Shown here: positions 56,022-64,000 of the stretch, one piece after another | How the letters are laid out: the number at the start of each line of letters is the position of its first letter | Position numbering within the stretch: the stretch's first letter is position 1 | NCBI GenBank assembly: GCA_903907895.1 | Contig: CAIVPW010000058.1 | Location: 2,393 to 66,392 of the forward strand | Origin: an uncultured Alphaproteobacteria bacterium | GTDB lineage: Bacteria; Pseudomonadota; Alphaproteobacteria; UBA2966; CAIVPW01 | DNA length: 64,000 nt | Direction: 5' to 3' | Position numbers and translations under genes: made by a program | Notes under the pieces: generated by a model | What the model was told of the DNA's origin: nothing | Seen by the model: only the letters and a program-made list of their open reading frames with translations | Database searches by the model: none

Positions 56022-57377
56022 GTGGACTTCGATCTTTTCGTTATCGGCGCAGGCTCAGGCGGGGTCGCCGCCAGCCGCCGCGCCGCAGTCCACGGTGCCC
56101 GCGTCGGCATCGTCGAGATGGGCCGTATCGGCGGCACCTGCGTGAACCGCGGCTGCATTCCGAAGAAGCTGTTCACCTACGCTGCGCACTACAGCGAGGA
56201 TTTTCGCGAGGCAGCAGGCTTCGGCTGGCAGGAAGTGCAGCCGAAGTTCGCCTGGCGCGATCTGGTTGCCGCGAAGGATCGTGAGGTCGCTCGCCTCAAC
56301 CAGGTCTACGAAGGCCTGCTGCACTCCGGCAACGTGCAGCTCTTGCGCGGTCGCGCCCGCCTGCGCGATGCAAACACCATCGACGTGGACGGTGAAACGG
56401 TCCGCGCCAAGCACATCCTCCTCGCCACCGGCAGCCATGCCGTGGTGCCGGAGATCGAAGGCGAAGAATTCGGCTTCACCTCCGATGCGGCGTTCGACCT
56501 GCCGCAGTTGCCGAAGCGCGTTGTCATCGTCGGGGGCGGCTACGTCGCCGTGGAGTTTGCCAGCATCTTCCGCGGCTTGGGCGTGGCGGTCACCGTTGTG
56601 CACCGCGCCGACGGCATTCTCCGCGGGTTCGATGACGACGTGCGCACCTTCCTTACCGATGAGCTGCGCAAGAAGGACATCGCCTTCCGCGCCCGCCAGT
56701 CGGTGAAGCGCATCACGAACAAGGGCAGCACGCTGCAGGTCCACACCGACACCAACGAGTCGCTGGCCGCCGACGGCGTCCTGTTCGCGACGGGACGCGC
56801 CGCCAACACCGGTGACCTCGGTCTCGATCTTGCCGGTGTCCGCCTCAACGAGAACCGCGCCGTCCAGGTGGATGCCGACTCGCGCACCAGTACGCCCAAC
56901 ATCTTCGCCATCGGCGACCTCACGAATCGCAAGCAGTTGACGCCGGTGGCGATCGCCGAGGGCAGGGCGGTGGCCGACCTGCTCTTTGGTCCGGGCGGGC
57001 GCCACCTGAACTACGATCTCGTCCCATCGGCCGTCTTCAGCCTGCCGCCGGTCGGTACGGTGGGCCTGAGCGAGGAGCAGGCCCGCGCTCGCTTTGGCGC
57101 AGTCGATGTCTACCGCAGCAGCTTCCGCCCGCTGCGCCACACCGCCTCCGGCAGCGACGAACGCGCCCTGACGAAGCTGGTGGTGGACCCCGCCACCGAC
57201 CGGGTCCTCGGCGCCCACATGGTCGGCCCCGAGGCGGGCGAGATCATCCAGGGCCTCGCGGTCGCCCTCACCGCCGGTGCCACCAAGGCCCAGTTCGACG
57301 CCACCCTGGCCATTCACCCCACCGCGGCCGAGGAATTCGTCCTGCTGCGGACCAAGGCCGCCCCCAAAGCCGCCTGA
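56022..57377 (+). CDS. gor: glutathione-disulfide reductase
   Basis: FAD-binding GAGSGG, redox-active disulfide GGTCVNRGCIPKK and the C-terminal dimerisation His motif (HPTAAEEFV). Confidence 0.85.
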   Translation: MDFDLFVIGAGSGGVAASRRAAVHGARVGIVEMGRIGGTCVNRGCIPKKLFTYAAHYSEDFREAAGFGWQEVQPKFAWRDLVAAKDREVARLNQVYEGLLHSGNVQLLRGRARLRDANTIDVDGETVRAKHILLATGSHAVVPEIEGEEFGFTSDAAFDLPQLPKRVVIVGGGYVAVEFASIFRGLGVAVTVVHRADGILRGFDDDVRTFLTDELRKKDIAFRARQSVKRITNKGSTLQVHTDTNESLAADGVLFATGRAANTGDLGLDLAGVRLNENRAVQVDADSRTSTPNIFAIGDLTNRKQLTPVAIAEGRAVADLLFGPGGRHLNYDLVPSAVFSLPPVGTVGLSEEQARARFGAVDVYRSSFRPLRHTASGSDERALTKLVVDPATDRVLGAHMVGPEAGEIIQGLAVALTAGATKAQFDATLAIHPTAAEEFVLLRTKAAPKAA

Positions 57378-57492
57378 CAGGGGCCGCATGACGGGGACCG
57401 CCTGAAACCCAAGCTTCGCCCTGGCCGGGCGGGGGTTGGCAATCCATATCCGTGCGGCGTATACCCGCCCCGCGTGGTACGGATAGGGAACC

Positions 57493-58875
57493 ATGAAGCG
57501 CAATTGGAGCCCCGATAGCTGGCGCAATAAGGTCGCCAGCCAGGTGCCGGATTACCCGGACGCCGCCGCGCTCGCCCGCGTCGAGGCGGAGTTGCGCCGC
57601 TATCCGCCGCTGGTGTTCGCCGGCGAGGCCCGCAAGCTGAAGGCCCGCCTCGCCAACGTCGCCGAGGGGAAGGCGTTTCTGCTCCAGGGCGGCGACTGCG
57701 CCGAGAGCTTCGCCGAATTCACGGCCGACAACATCCGCGACACCTTCCGCGTCATCCTCCAGATGGCGGTGGTGCTGACGTTCGGCGCCGCCATGCCGGT
57801 GGTGAAGGTCGGCCGTCTCGCCGGCCAGTTCGCCAAGCCGCGCACCCAGCCGATGGAGCGCCGCGGCGACGTGGAGCTGCCGGCCTATCGGGGCGACATC
57901 GTCAACGGCATCGAGTTCACACCCGAATCGCGCATCCCCGATCCGCAGCGCCAGGTCCGCGCCTACAGCCAATCGGCGGCGACCCTGAACCTGCTGCGCG
58001 CGTTTGCCACCGGCGGCTACGCCGACCTGCACCGCGTGCACCGCTGGACGTTGGGCTTCGTCGACTCGAGCCCGGTGGCCGCCAAGTTCCGCGATCTCGC
58101 TGACCGCACCACCGAAGCCCTGGCCTTCATGGAGGCCTGCGGCATCGATTCGACCAACTACGCCGGCCTGCGCGAAACCGAGTTCTACACCTCGCACGAG
58201 GCGCTGCTGCTCGGCTACGAGGAGGCGCTGACGCGCGTCGACTCCACTTCGGGCGATTGGTACGACACGTCGGCCCACATGCTGTGGGTGGGCGATCGCA
58301 CGCGCGATCTGGACGGCTCGCACATCGAATTCCTGCGCGGCATCGCAAATCCGGTCGCCTGCAAGGTTGGCCCTTCGACCAAGGCCGAGAACCTCGTCCG
58401 CCTCACCGAGATCTTGAATCCGCGCAACGAAGCGGGGCGCCTGACGCTCATCACGCGCTTCGGCCATGGCAAGGTCATGGACAACCTGCCCAACCTTGTG
58501 CGTGCCATCGAGCGCGAAGGCCGCAAGGTTGCGTGGGTGTGCGATCCGATGCACGGCAACACACAGGTCTCGGACAACGGCTACAAGACGCGCGTGTTCG
58601 ACCGCATCCTCAGCGAAGTGCGGGACTTCTTCACCGTTCACCGCGCCGAAGGCACCTATCCGGGCGGCGTCCACTTCGAGTTGACCGGGCAGGACGTGAC
58701 CGAGTGCCTGGGCGGTGCGCAGGCGATCACCGAAAGCTCGCTGTCGGACCGCTATCACACGCACTGCGACCCGCGCCTGAATGCATCCCAAAGCCTGGAA
58801 CTCGCGTTTCTGGTCGCCGAGATGCTGAAGGCGCAGCGTGCCGCGCAACCGGCCAAGGTTGCGGAAGCTTCCTGA
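57493..58875 (+). CDS. class II 3-deoxy-7-phosphoheptulonate (DAHP) synthase
   Basis: 460 aa, plant/Mycobacterium-type AroAII pattern ([45 protein letters not shown]). Confidence 0.9.
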   Translation: MKRNWSPDSWRNKVASQVPDYPDAAALARVEAELRRYPPLVFAGEARKLKARLANVAEGKAFLLQGGDCAESFAEFTADNIRDTFRVILQMAVVLTFGAAMPVVKVGRLAGQFAKPRTQPMERRGDVELPAYRGDIVNGIEFTPESRIPDPQRQVRAYSQSAATLNLLRAFATGGYADLHRVHRWTLGFVDSSPVAAKFRDLADRTTEALAFMEACGIDSTNYAGLRETEFYTSHEALLLGYEEALTRVDSTSGDWYDTSAHMLWVGDRTRDLDGSHIEFLRGIANPVACKVGPSTKAENLVRLTEILNPRNEAGRLTLITRFGHGKVMDNLPNLVRAIEREGRKVAWVCDPMHGNTQVSDNGYKTRVFDRILSEVRDFFTVHRAEGTYPGGVHFELTGQDVTECLGGAQAITESSLSDRYHTHCDPRLNASQSLELAFLVAEMLKAQRAAQPAKVAEAS

Positions 58876-58927
58876 CGCGTCTGCCGCCTGCCGTGCGGCT
58901 CTCGCGCCCTGAAGCTCCCGGTCGATC

Positions 58928-60574
58928 ATGGCCGAGCCCCTGCACATCGTTCTCGCCCAGCTGAATCCGACGGTCGGCGACCTTGCCGGCAATCGCGATA
59001 AGCTGCTCGCCCTGCACACGGATTCGGCCGGAGCCGACCTGATTTTGGCGCCGGAGCTGTTCGTCTCCGGCTATCCGCCCGAGGACCTCGTGCTGCGCCC
59101 CGGCTTCCACACCGCCGTGCGCGCCGTGGTCGACGACCTCGCGCGCGCGACGGTGCGCGGGCCTGCCATCCTGGTGGGCGCGCCGTGGGCCGATGGCGCC
59201 ACCGTTCGCAATGCCGCGCTGCTGCTGGACGGCGGCCGCATCGCGGCCACGCAGTACAAGCACGACCTGCCGAACTACGGCGTATTCGACGAAAAGCGCG
59301 TCTTCGCGGCCGGACCGGTGCCGCAGGCGATCGCATTTCGTGGCCGCAAGCTCGGCCTGCTGATTTGCGAGGACATGTGGACACCCGAGCCCGCCGCAGC
59401 CCTGAGGGCCGCGGGTGCCGAGCTTCTCGTGGTCATCAATGCCTCGCCCTTCAACGCCGGCAAGCAGAGCGAGCGCCTTGGCGCCGCCCAGGCGCGCGTG
59501 CGCGAGACCGGGCTGGCGATGGTCTACGTCAACCAGTTCGGCGGCCAGGACGAGATCGTGTTCGACGGCAACTCGTTCGCGCTGAATGCCGACGGCTCCG
59601 TCGCCCTGCGCCTGCCCGCCTTCAAAAGCGCGACGGCCACTGCGCTCCTCGCCGGCGGCGTCATCGCGACGGGCGACATCGCGCCGCCGCTCGATGACCT
59701 CGATGCGTTGTACCTAGCTCTCGTGACGGGCCTGCGCGATTACATCGGCAAGAACGGCTTCCAAGGCGTGCTGATTGGCTTCTCCGGCGGCATCGACTCG
59801 GCGCTCACTGGCGCCATCGCCGTCGATGCGCTCGGCGCCGCCAACGTTCACTGTGTGATGATGCCGTCGCAGTTCACGTCGCAGGAAAGCCTCGACGATG
59901 CCGCCGCCTGCGCCGGCGCGCTCGGCGTGGCCTACGACGTGATTCCGATCGGTGCCCCGACGGCGGCCTTCGAGCGCGCGCTGGCAGGATCCTTCAAGGG
60001 TCGCGCAGCCGACGTCACGGAAGAGAACCTGCAGGCGCGCGCCCGCGGCATCATCCTGATGGCGCTGTCGAACAAGTTTGGCCACCTCGTGCTCAGCACG
60101 GGCAACAAGTCCGAGCTCGCGGTGGGCTACGCCACGCTGTACGGCGACATGGTCGGTGCTTTCAACGTGCTGAAGGACGTCTACAAGACCACCGTCTACA
60201 GGCTCGCAGGCTGGCGCAATGCGCACGTTCCCGCGGGCGCGCTCGGCCCCGCCACGGCCGTGATTCCCGCCAACATCCTGGTGCGCGAGCCGACCGCCGA
60301 GTTGCGCGCCAACCAGAAGGATAGCGACACGCTGCCGCCGTACGACCAGCTCGATCCCATCCTCGAAGGGCTGGTCGAACAGGAGTTGCCGTTCGAGCAG
60401 ATCGTTGCCCAGGGCTTTCCGCCGGCCATCGTCGCGCGCGTCGAATCCATGCTGTATGCCAGCGAGTATAAGCGGCGCCAATCCGCGCCGGGCGTGCGCG
60501 TGACGCGCCGCTACTTCGGCGAGGACCGCCGCTATCCGATCACCAACCGCTTCCGCGAAGGCCGCCGTGGCTAG
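58928..60574 (+). CDS. nadE: glutamine-dependent NAD+ synthetase
   Basis: N-terminal CN-hydrolase domain ([22 protein letters not shown]) fused to the NAD synthetase domain ([11 protein letters not shown]-loop). Confidence 0.9.
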   Translation: MAEPLHIVLAQLNPTVGDLAGNRDKLLALHTDSAGADLILAPELFVSGYPPEDLVLRPGFHTAVRAVVDDLARATVRGPAILVGAPWADGATVRNAALLLDGGRIAATQYKHDLPNYGVFDEKRVFAAGPVPQAIAFRGRKLGLLICEDMWTPEPAAALRAAGAELLVVINASPFNAGKQSERLGAAQARVRETGLAMVYVNQFGGQDEIVFDGNSFALNADGSVALRLPAFKSATATALLAGGVIATGDIAPPLDDLDALYLALVTGLRDYIGKNGFQGVLIGFSGGIDSALTGAIAVDALGAANVHCVMMPSQFTSQESLDDAAACAGALGVAYDVIPIGAPTAAFERALAGSFKGRAADVTEENLQARARGIILMALSNKFGHLVLSTGNKSELAVGYATLYGDMVGAFNVLKDVYKTTVYRLAGWRNAHVPAGALGPATAVIPANILVREPTAELRANQKDSDTLPPYDQLDPILEGLVEQELPFEQIVAQGFPPAIVARVESMLYASEYKRRQSAPGVRVTRRYFGEDRRYPITNRFREGRRG

Positions 60575-61910
60575 CGCCGTCACCGTTCGATTTGCGCCGA
60601 GCCCAACGGGGCTCCTGCACATGGGCAACGCTCGCCCGGCGGTGCTCAACTGGTTGTTCGCGCGCAAGCATGGCGGCACGTTCCTGCTGCGCCACGACGA
60701 TACCGACGCCGAACGCTCGCGCGAGGAATACGTCACGGCCATTGAAGGCGATCTGCGCTGGCTCGGCCTCGATTGGGACCGCCGCGAACGCCAGTCCAGC
60801 CGCCTCGCGCGCTACGGCGAGGTGCTGGAGCGGCTGAAGCAGTCCGGCCACGTCTACGCGGCATACGAAAGCGCCGAGGAGCTGTCGCTCAAGCGCAAGG
60901 CGCAGCTCAACGCCGGCCGTCCGCCGGTATACGACCGCGCCGCGCTCCGGCTCACCGAGGCGCAGCGTACCGAGCTGGAGGCGCAGGGGCACAAGCCGCA
61001 CTGGCGCTTCAAGCTCGCGCCCGGCACGGTGCGCTGGGCCGACGTAATCCACGGCGACATGGCCGTCCCGTCCGAATCGCTGAGCGACCCGGTACTGGTG
61101 CGCGAGGACGGAACGCCGCTCTACGTGTTCACGTCGGTGGTGGATGACATCGATTTCGGCATCACGCACATCATCCGTGGCGACGAGCATCTGATGAACA
61201 CGGTGCCGCAGCTTCAGCTGTTCGCAGCTCTTGGGGCGGCGGCGCCGGTGTTCGCGCACTTTGCGTTGCTGGTAGGCCCGCAGGGCGAAAAGCTGTCCAA
61301 GCGTCTCGGCGCCCTCAGCCTCGGCGAGCTGCGCGAGCAGGGCATCGAGCCGCTCGCCATCGCCAGCATGCTGGCGCGCCTCGGTTCTTCCGATCCCATC
61401 GAGCCGCGGGCCGCATTGGCGGATTTGGTCGCCGGCTTCGACCTGTCGCACTTTGGCCGCGCGCCTGCGCATTTCGACCCGGATGAACTCGCCGTGCTCA
61501 ACCCCAAGGTGCTGCACCAGCTGCCCTACGCGGTGGTGGCAGAGCGCCTGGCCGGGTGGGGCATCCGCGATGCGGAGCGCCTGTGGCTCGCTGTCCGCGG
61601 CAACCTCGCCGGCCTTGGGGAGGTCAAGGATTGGGCGCGGGTTGTCGCCGGTCCCCTCGCCGGTACTCTCGAGGACCCTTCCTTCACCGATCGCGCCGCA
61701 GCCGCGCTGCCGGCGGAGCCGTGGACCGACGCCACCTGGTCGGCTTGGACCCGCGCGGTGACCGAGGCCACCGGCGCCAAGGGCCGCGCGCTGTTCCATC
61801 CCCTGCGGCTGGCGCTGACCGCCCGCGAGAACGGGCCGGAAATGAAGTCGCTCCTGCCTCTCATCGGCCGCGAACGGGCCCTCGCGCGCCTGCGTGGGCA
61901 GACGGCATAA
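60567..61910 (+). CDS. gltX: glutamate--tRNA ligase
   Basis: HIGH-type motif ([12 protein letters not shown]) and KLSKR motif. 447 aa. The GTG start overlaps the nadE 3' end by 8 bp. Confidence 0.85.
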   Translation: MASAVTVRFAPSPTGLLHMGNARPAVLNWLFARKHGGTFLLRHDDTDAERSREEYVTAIEGDLRWLGLDWDRRERQSSRLARYGEVLERLKQSGHVYAAYESAEELSLKRKAQLNAGRPPVYDRAALRLTEAQRTELEAQGHKPHWRFKLAPGTVRWADVIHGDMAVPSESLSDPVLVREDGTPLYVFTSVVDDIDFGITHIIRGDEHLMNTVPQLQLFAALGAAAPVFAHFALLVGPQGEKLSKRLGALSLGELREQGIEPLAIASMLARLGSSDPIEPRAALADLVAGFDLSHFGRAPAHFDPDELAVLNPKVLHQLPYAVVAERLAGWGIRDAERLWLAVRGNLAGLGEVKDWARVVAGPLAGTLEDPSFTDRAAAALPAEPWTDATWSAWTRAVTEATGAKGRALFHPLRLALTARENGPEMKSLLPLIGRERALARLRGQTA

Positions 61911-61917
61911 TCCGGCC

Positions 61918-63264
61918 ATGGCGCTCACGCTCTACAACTCGCTCAGCCACGCCAAGGAGCCGTTTAGGCCCCTGCGGCCCGATGCGGTCGGCATGTATGC
62001 CTGCGGGCCAACGGTCTGGGACTTCGCGCACATCGGCAACGCGCGCATGGTGGTGGTGTTCGATCTGCTGTACCGCCTGCTGCGGCACTCGTTCCGCACC
62101 GTCACCTACGTGCGCAACATCACCGACGTGGACGACAAGATCATCGACGCCGCGCGCCGCAACGGCGAGGCGATCGATGCGCTGACCAAGCGCACGGCCG
62201 ATGCGTTCCACGCCCACATGGCCGCACTGGGCGCGCTGCCGCCGACCATCGAGCCGCGCGCGACTGAGCACATCGGCGAAATGGTCGCCATGATCCAGGC
62301 CCTCATCGCCAAGGGCCACGCCTACGAGGCGCAAGGCCACGTCCTGTTCGCGGTGCAGACCGACACGCACTACGGGCACCTATCGCGCCAGACCCAGGAG
62401 GGCATCCTGGAAGGCGCGCGTGTCGAGGTCGCGCCCTACAAACGCGATCCCGCCGACTTCGTGCTGTGGAAGCCTTCGACCGGCGACCAGCCGGGCTGGG
62501 ACAGCCCGTGGGGCCGCGGCCGTCCCGGCTGGCACATCGAGTGCTCGGCGATGGCGGAGCGCTACCTCGGCGAGACGTTCGACATTCACGGCGGCGGGCG
62601 CGACCTGATCTTCCCGCACCACGAGAACGAGATTGCCCAATCGAGTTGCGCCCACGGCGGCAAGCCGCTCGCGCGCACCTGGGTGCACAACGGCTTCATC
62701 ACCGTGCGCGGCGAGAAGATGGCGAAATCGGTCGGCAACATCGTCACCGTGAACGACCTGCTGCCGCGCTATGACGGCGAGACCATCCGTCTCACGCTGC
62801 TGTCCGCGCAGTACCGCCAGGGCCTCGACTGGACCGACGACGCGGTCGAGCAGGCCAAGAAGTCGCTCGATCGGTGGTATCGTGCGGCCGGCAATGCCCG
62901 CCCGGCGGCCACCGTCGATGCGACGTTCCTGGCCGCGCTGGAGGACGACCTGAACACGCCGGAAGCCTTCGCCCGCCTGCATGGTCTCGCCGATGCCGCC
63001 CTCGCGGGCGACGCATCCGCCGCCGCGTCGCTGAAGGCGTCCGCCAACCTCATGGGAGTGTTGGACAAGGACGCCGACGCCTGGTTCCGCGCCGTGCCGG
63101 TCGGCACCGGCAAGGACCAGATCGAAGGCCTGATCGCCGAGCGCACGGCGGCCAAGAAATCGAAGAACTTCGCCGAGGCGGACCGCATCCGCAAACTCCT
63201 GTTGGACCAGGGCATCGTGCTCGAGGACGCCGCGAACGGCACGACATGGAGACGCTCGTCGTGA
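61918..63264 (+). CDS. cysS: cysteine--tRNA ligase
   Basis: MYACGPTVWDFAHIGNAR (HIGH), zinc-binding Cys residues, KMAKSVGN (KMSKS-like) and a DALR-type C-terminus. Confidence 0.9.
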   Translation: MALTLYNSLSHAKEPFRPLRPDAVGMYACGPTVWDFAHIGNARMVVVFDLLYRLLRHSFRTVTYVRNITDVDDKIIDAARRNGEAIDALTKRTADAFHAHMAALGALPPTIEPRATEHIGEMVAMIQALIAKGHAYEAQGHVLFAVQTDTHYGHLSRQTQEGILEGARVEVAPYKRDPADFVLWKPSTGDQPGWDSPWGRGRPGWHIECSAMAERYLGETFDIHGGGRDLIFPHHENEIAQSSCAHGGKPLARTWVHNGFITVRGEKMAKSVGNIVTVNDLLPRYDGETIRLTLLSAQYRQGLDWTDDAVEQAKKSLDRWYRAAGNARPAATVDATFLAALEDDLNTPEAFARLHGLADAALAGDASAAASLKASANLMGVLDKDADAWFRAVPVGTGKDQIEGLIAERTAAKKSKNFAEADRIRKLLLDQGIVLEDAANGTTWRRSS

Positions 63265-64000
63265 CGAAAGAGCGTCTCTACCTCTTCGATACGACGCTGC
63301 GCGACGGCAACCAGAGTCAGGGCGTCGACTTCAGTGTCGAGGATAAGCGCACCCTGGCGCACGCCCTCGACGCGCTGGGCGTCGACTACGTCGAAGGCGG
63401 CTGGCCGGGCGCCAATCCGACCGACACCGCATTCTTCGCCGAACCGCCGAAGCTAAAGCGCGCCAAACTCACCGCCTTCGGCATGACGCGCCGTCCCGGC
63501 CGTAGCGTGTCGAACGATCCCGGCCTCAAAGCCGTGTTGGATGCCGAAGTTCCCGCCGCCTGCCTCGTCGGCAAGACGTGGGACTGGCACGTGGACCTTG
63601 CGCTTGGCACGACCAACGAAGAGGCGGTCAAGCTCATCCGCGAAAGCATCGCCGCCGCCAAGTCGCGCGGCCGCGAGCCGCTGTTCGACGCCGAGCACTT
63701 CTTCGACGGCTGGAAGGCCAACCGTGCCTTCACGCTCGAATGCGTGCAGGCCGCGTTTGACGCCGGCGCGCGATGGGTCGTGCTGTGCGACACCAACGGC
63801 GGCACGCTGCCGCACGAGGTCGAGCGCATCGTGGCCGAAGTGGCGCAGCACATCCCGGGTGATCGCCTCGGTATCCACGCGCAGAACGATACCGACAACG
63901 CCGTCGCCAACAGCCTCGCTGCCGTGCGCGGTGGCGTGCGGCACGTGCAGGGCACGCTCAACGGCATCGGTGAGCGCTGCGGAAACGCCAACCTCGTGTC
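63246..64000 (+). CDS. citramalate synthase / 2-isopropylmalate synthase family protein (5' portion; continues beyond window end)
   Basis: Translation METLVVTKERLYLFDTTLRDGNQSQGVDFSVEDKRTLAHALDALGVDYVEGGWPGANPTD...HAQNDTDNAVANSLAAVRGGVRHVQGTLNGIGERCGNANL is the HMGL-like domain of CimA/LeuA. Not in the ORF track because it runs off the window. Overlaps the cysS 3' end by 19 bp (or 4 bp from the alternative GTG at 63261). Confidence 0.75.
   Translation, partial: METLVVTKERLYLFDTTLRDGNQSQGVDFSVEDKRTLAHALDALGVDYVEGGWPGANPTDTAFFAEPPKLKRAKLTAFGMTRRPGRSVSNDPGLKAVLDAEVPAACLVGKTWDWHVDLALGTTNEEAVKLIRESIAAAKSRGREPLFDAEHFFDGWKANRAFTLECVQAAFDAGARWVVLCDTNGGTLPHEVERIVAEVAQHIPGDRLGIHAQNDTDNAVANSLAAVRGGVRHVQGTLNGIGERCGNANLV

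Overview
This 64 kb window is a high-G+C, gene-dense chromosomal segment of alphaproteobacterial type, with about 60 protein genes and two tRNA genes. Nearly all of it is core metabolism and information processing. The isoprenoid cluster xseB-ispA-dxs-tlyA-rlmD, fadD, fabI-aroC-dedA, pdxH-CDF-kinase-hpt and kup are present. So are ispB, glyQ-glyS, ppdK, tag, ygfZ, two LPS-type glycosyltransferases, pyrC and cysQ. The SOS mutagenesis cassette imuA-imuB-dnaE2 carries a recognisable GAAC-N7-GAAC LexA box. The 3' third of the window holds gph, glmU-glmS, gor, a class II DAHP synthase, nadE, gltX, cysS and the start of a cimA/leuA-like gene. Operon-style 1-4 bp stop/start overlaps are common. No transposase, integrase, phage gene or CRISPR array was recognised, and the two tRNA genes (Pro-CGG and Val-CAC) have no island-like neighbours. 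Many long antisense and overlapping ORFs in the six-frame track are artefacts of the high G+C content and were not called.

The most distinctive locus is at 20.1-24.7 kb. Four paralogous genes encode small (about 81-84 aa) signal-peptide proteins whose mature domains resemble the DUF1344 family. One lies downstream of, and three upstream of, an 865-aa polytopic membrane protein with a C-terminal spermidine-synthase-like domain. Each paralog has its own ribosome-binding site and intrinsic terminator. The leader of the fourth copy contains an apparent switch that could sequester its Shine-Dalgarno sequence. Two secreted Sel1-repeat proteins lie nearby; the second sits immediately upstream of the first paralog. 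Other second-look items are several unannotated small ORFs with good ribosome-binding sites and an ambiguous 470-bp gap between dnaE2 and tRNA-Val.

All calls rest on reading the translations and motifs by eye. No database search, HMM or RNA-folding computation was possible, so the family assignments are from memory of sequence patterns rather than measured hits.
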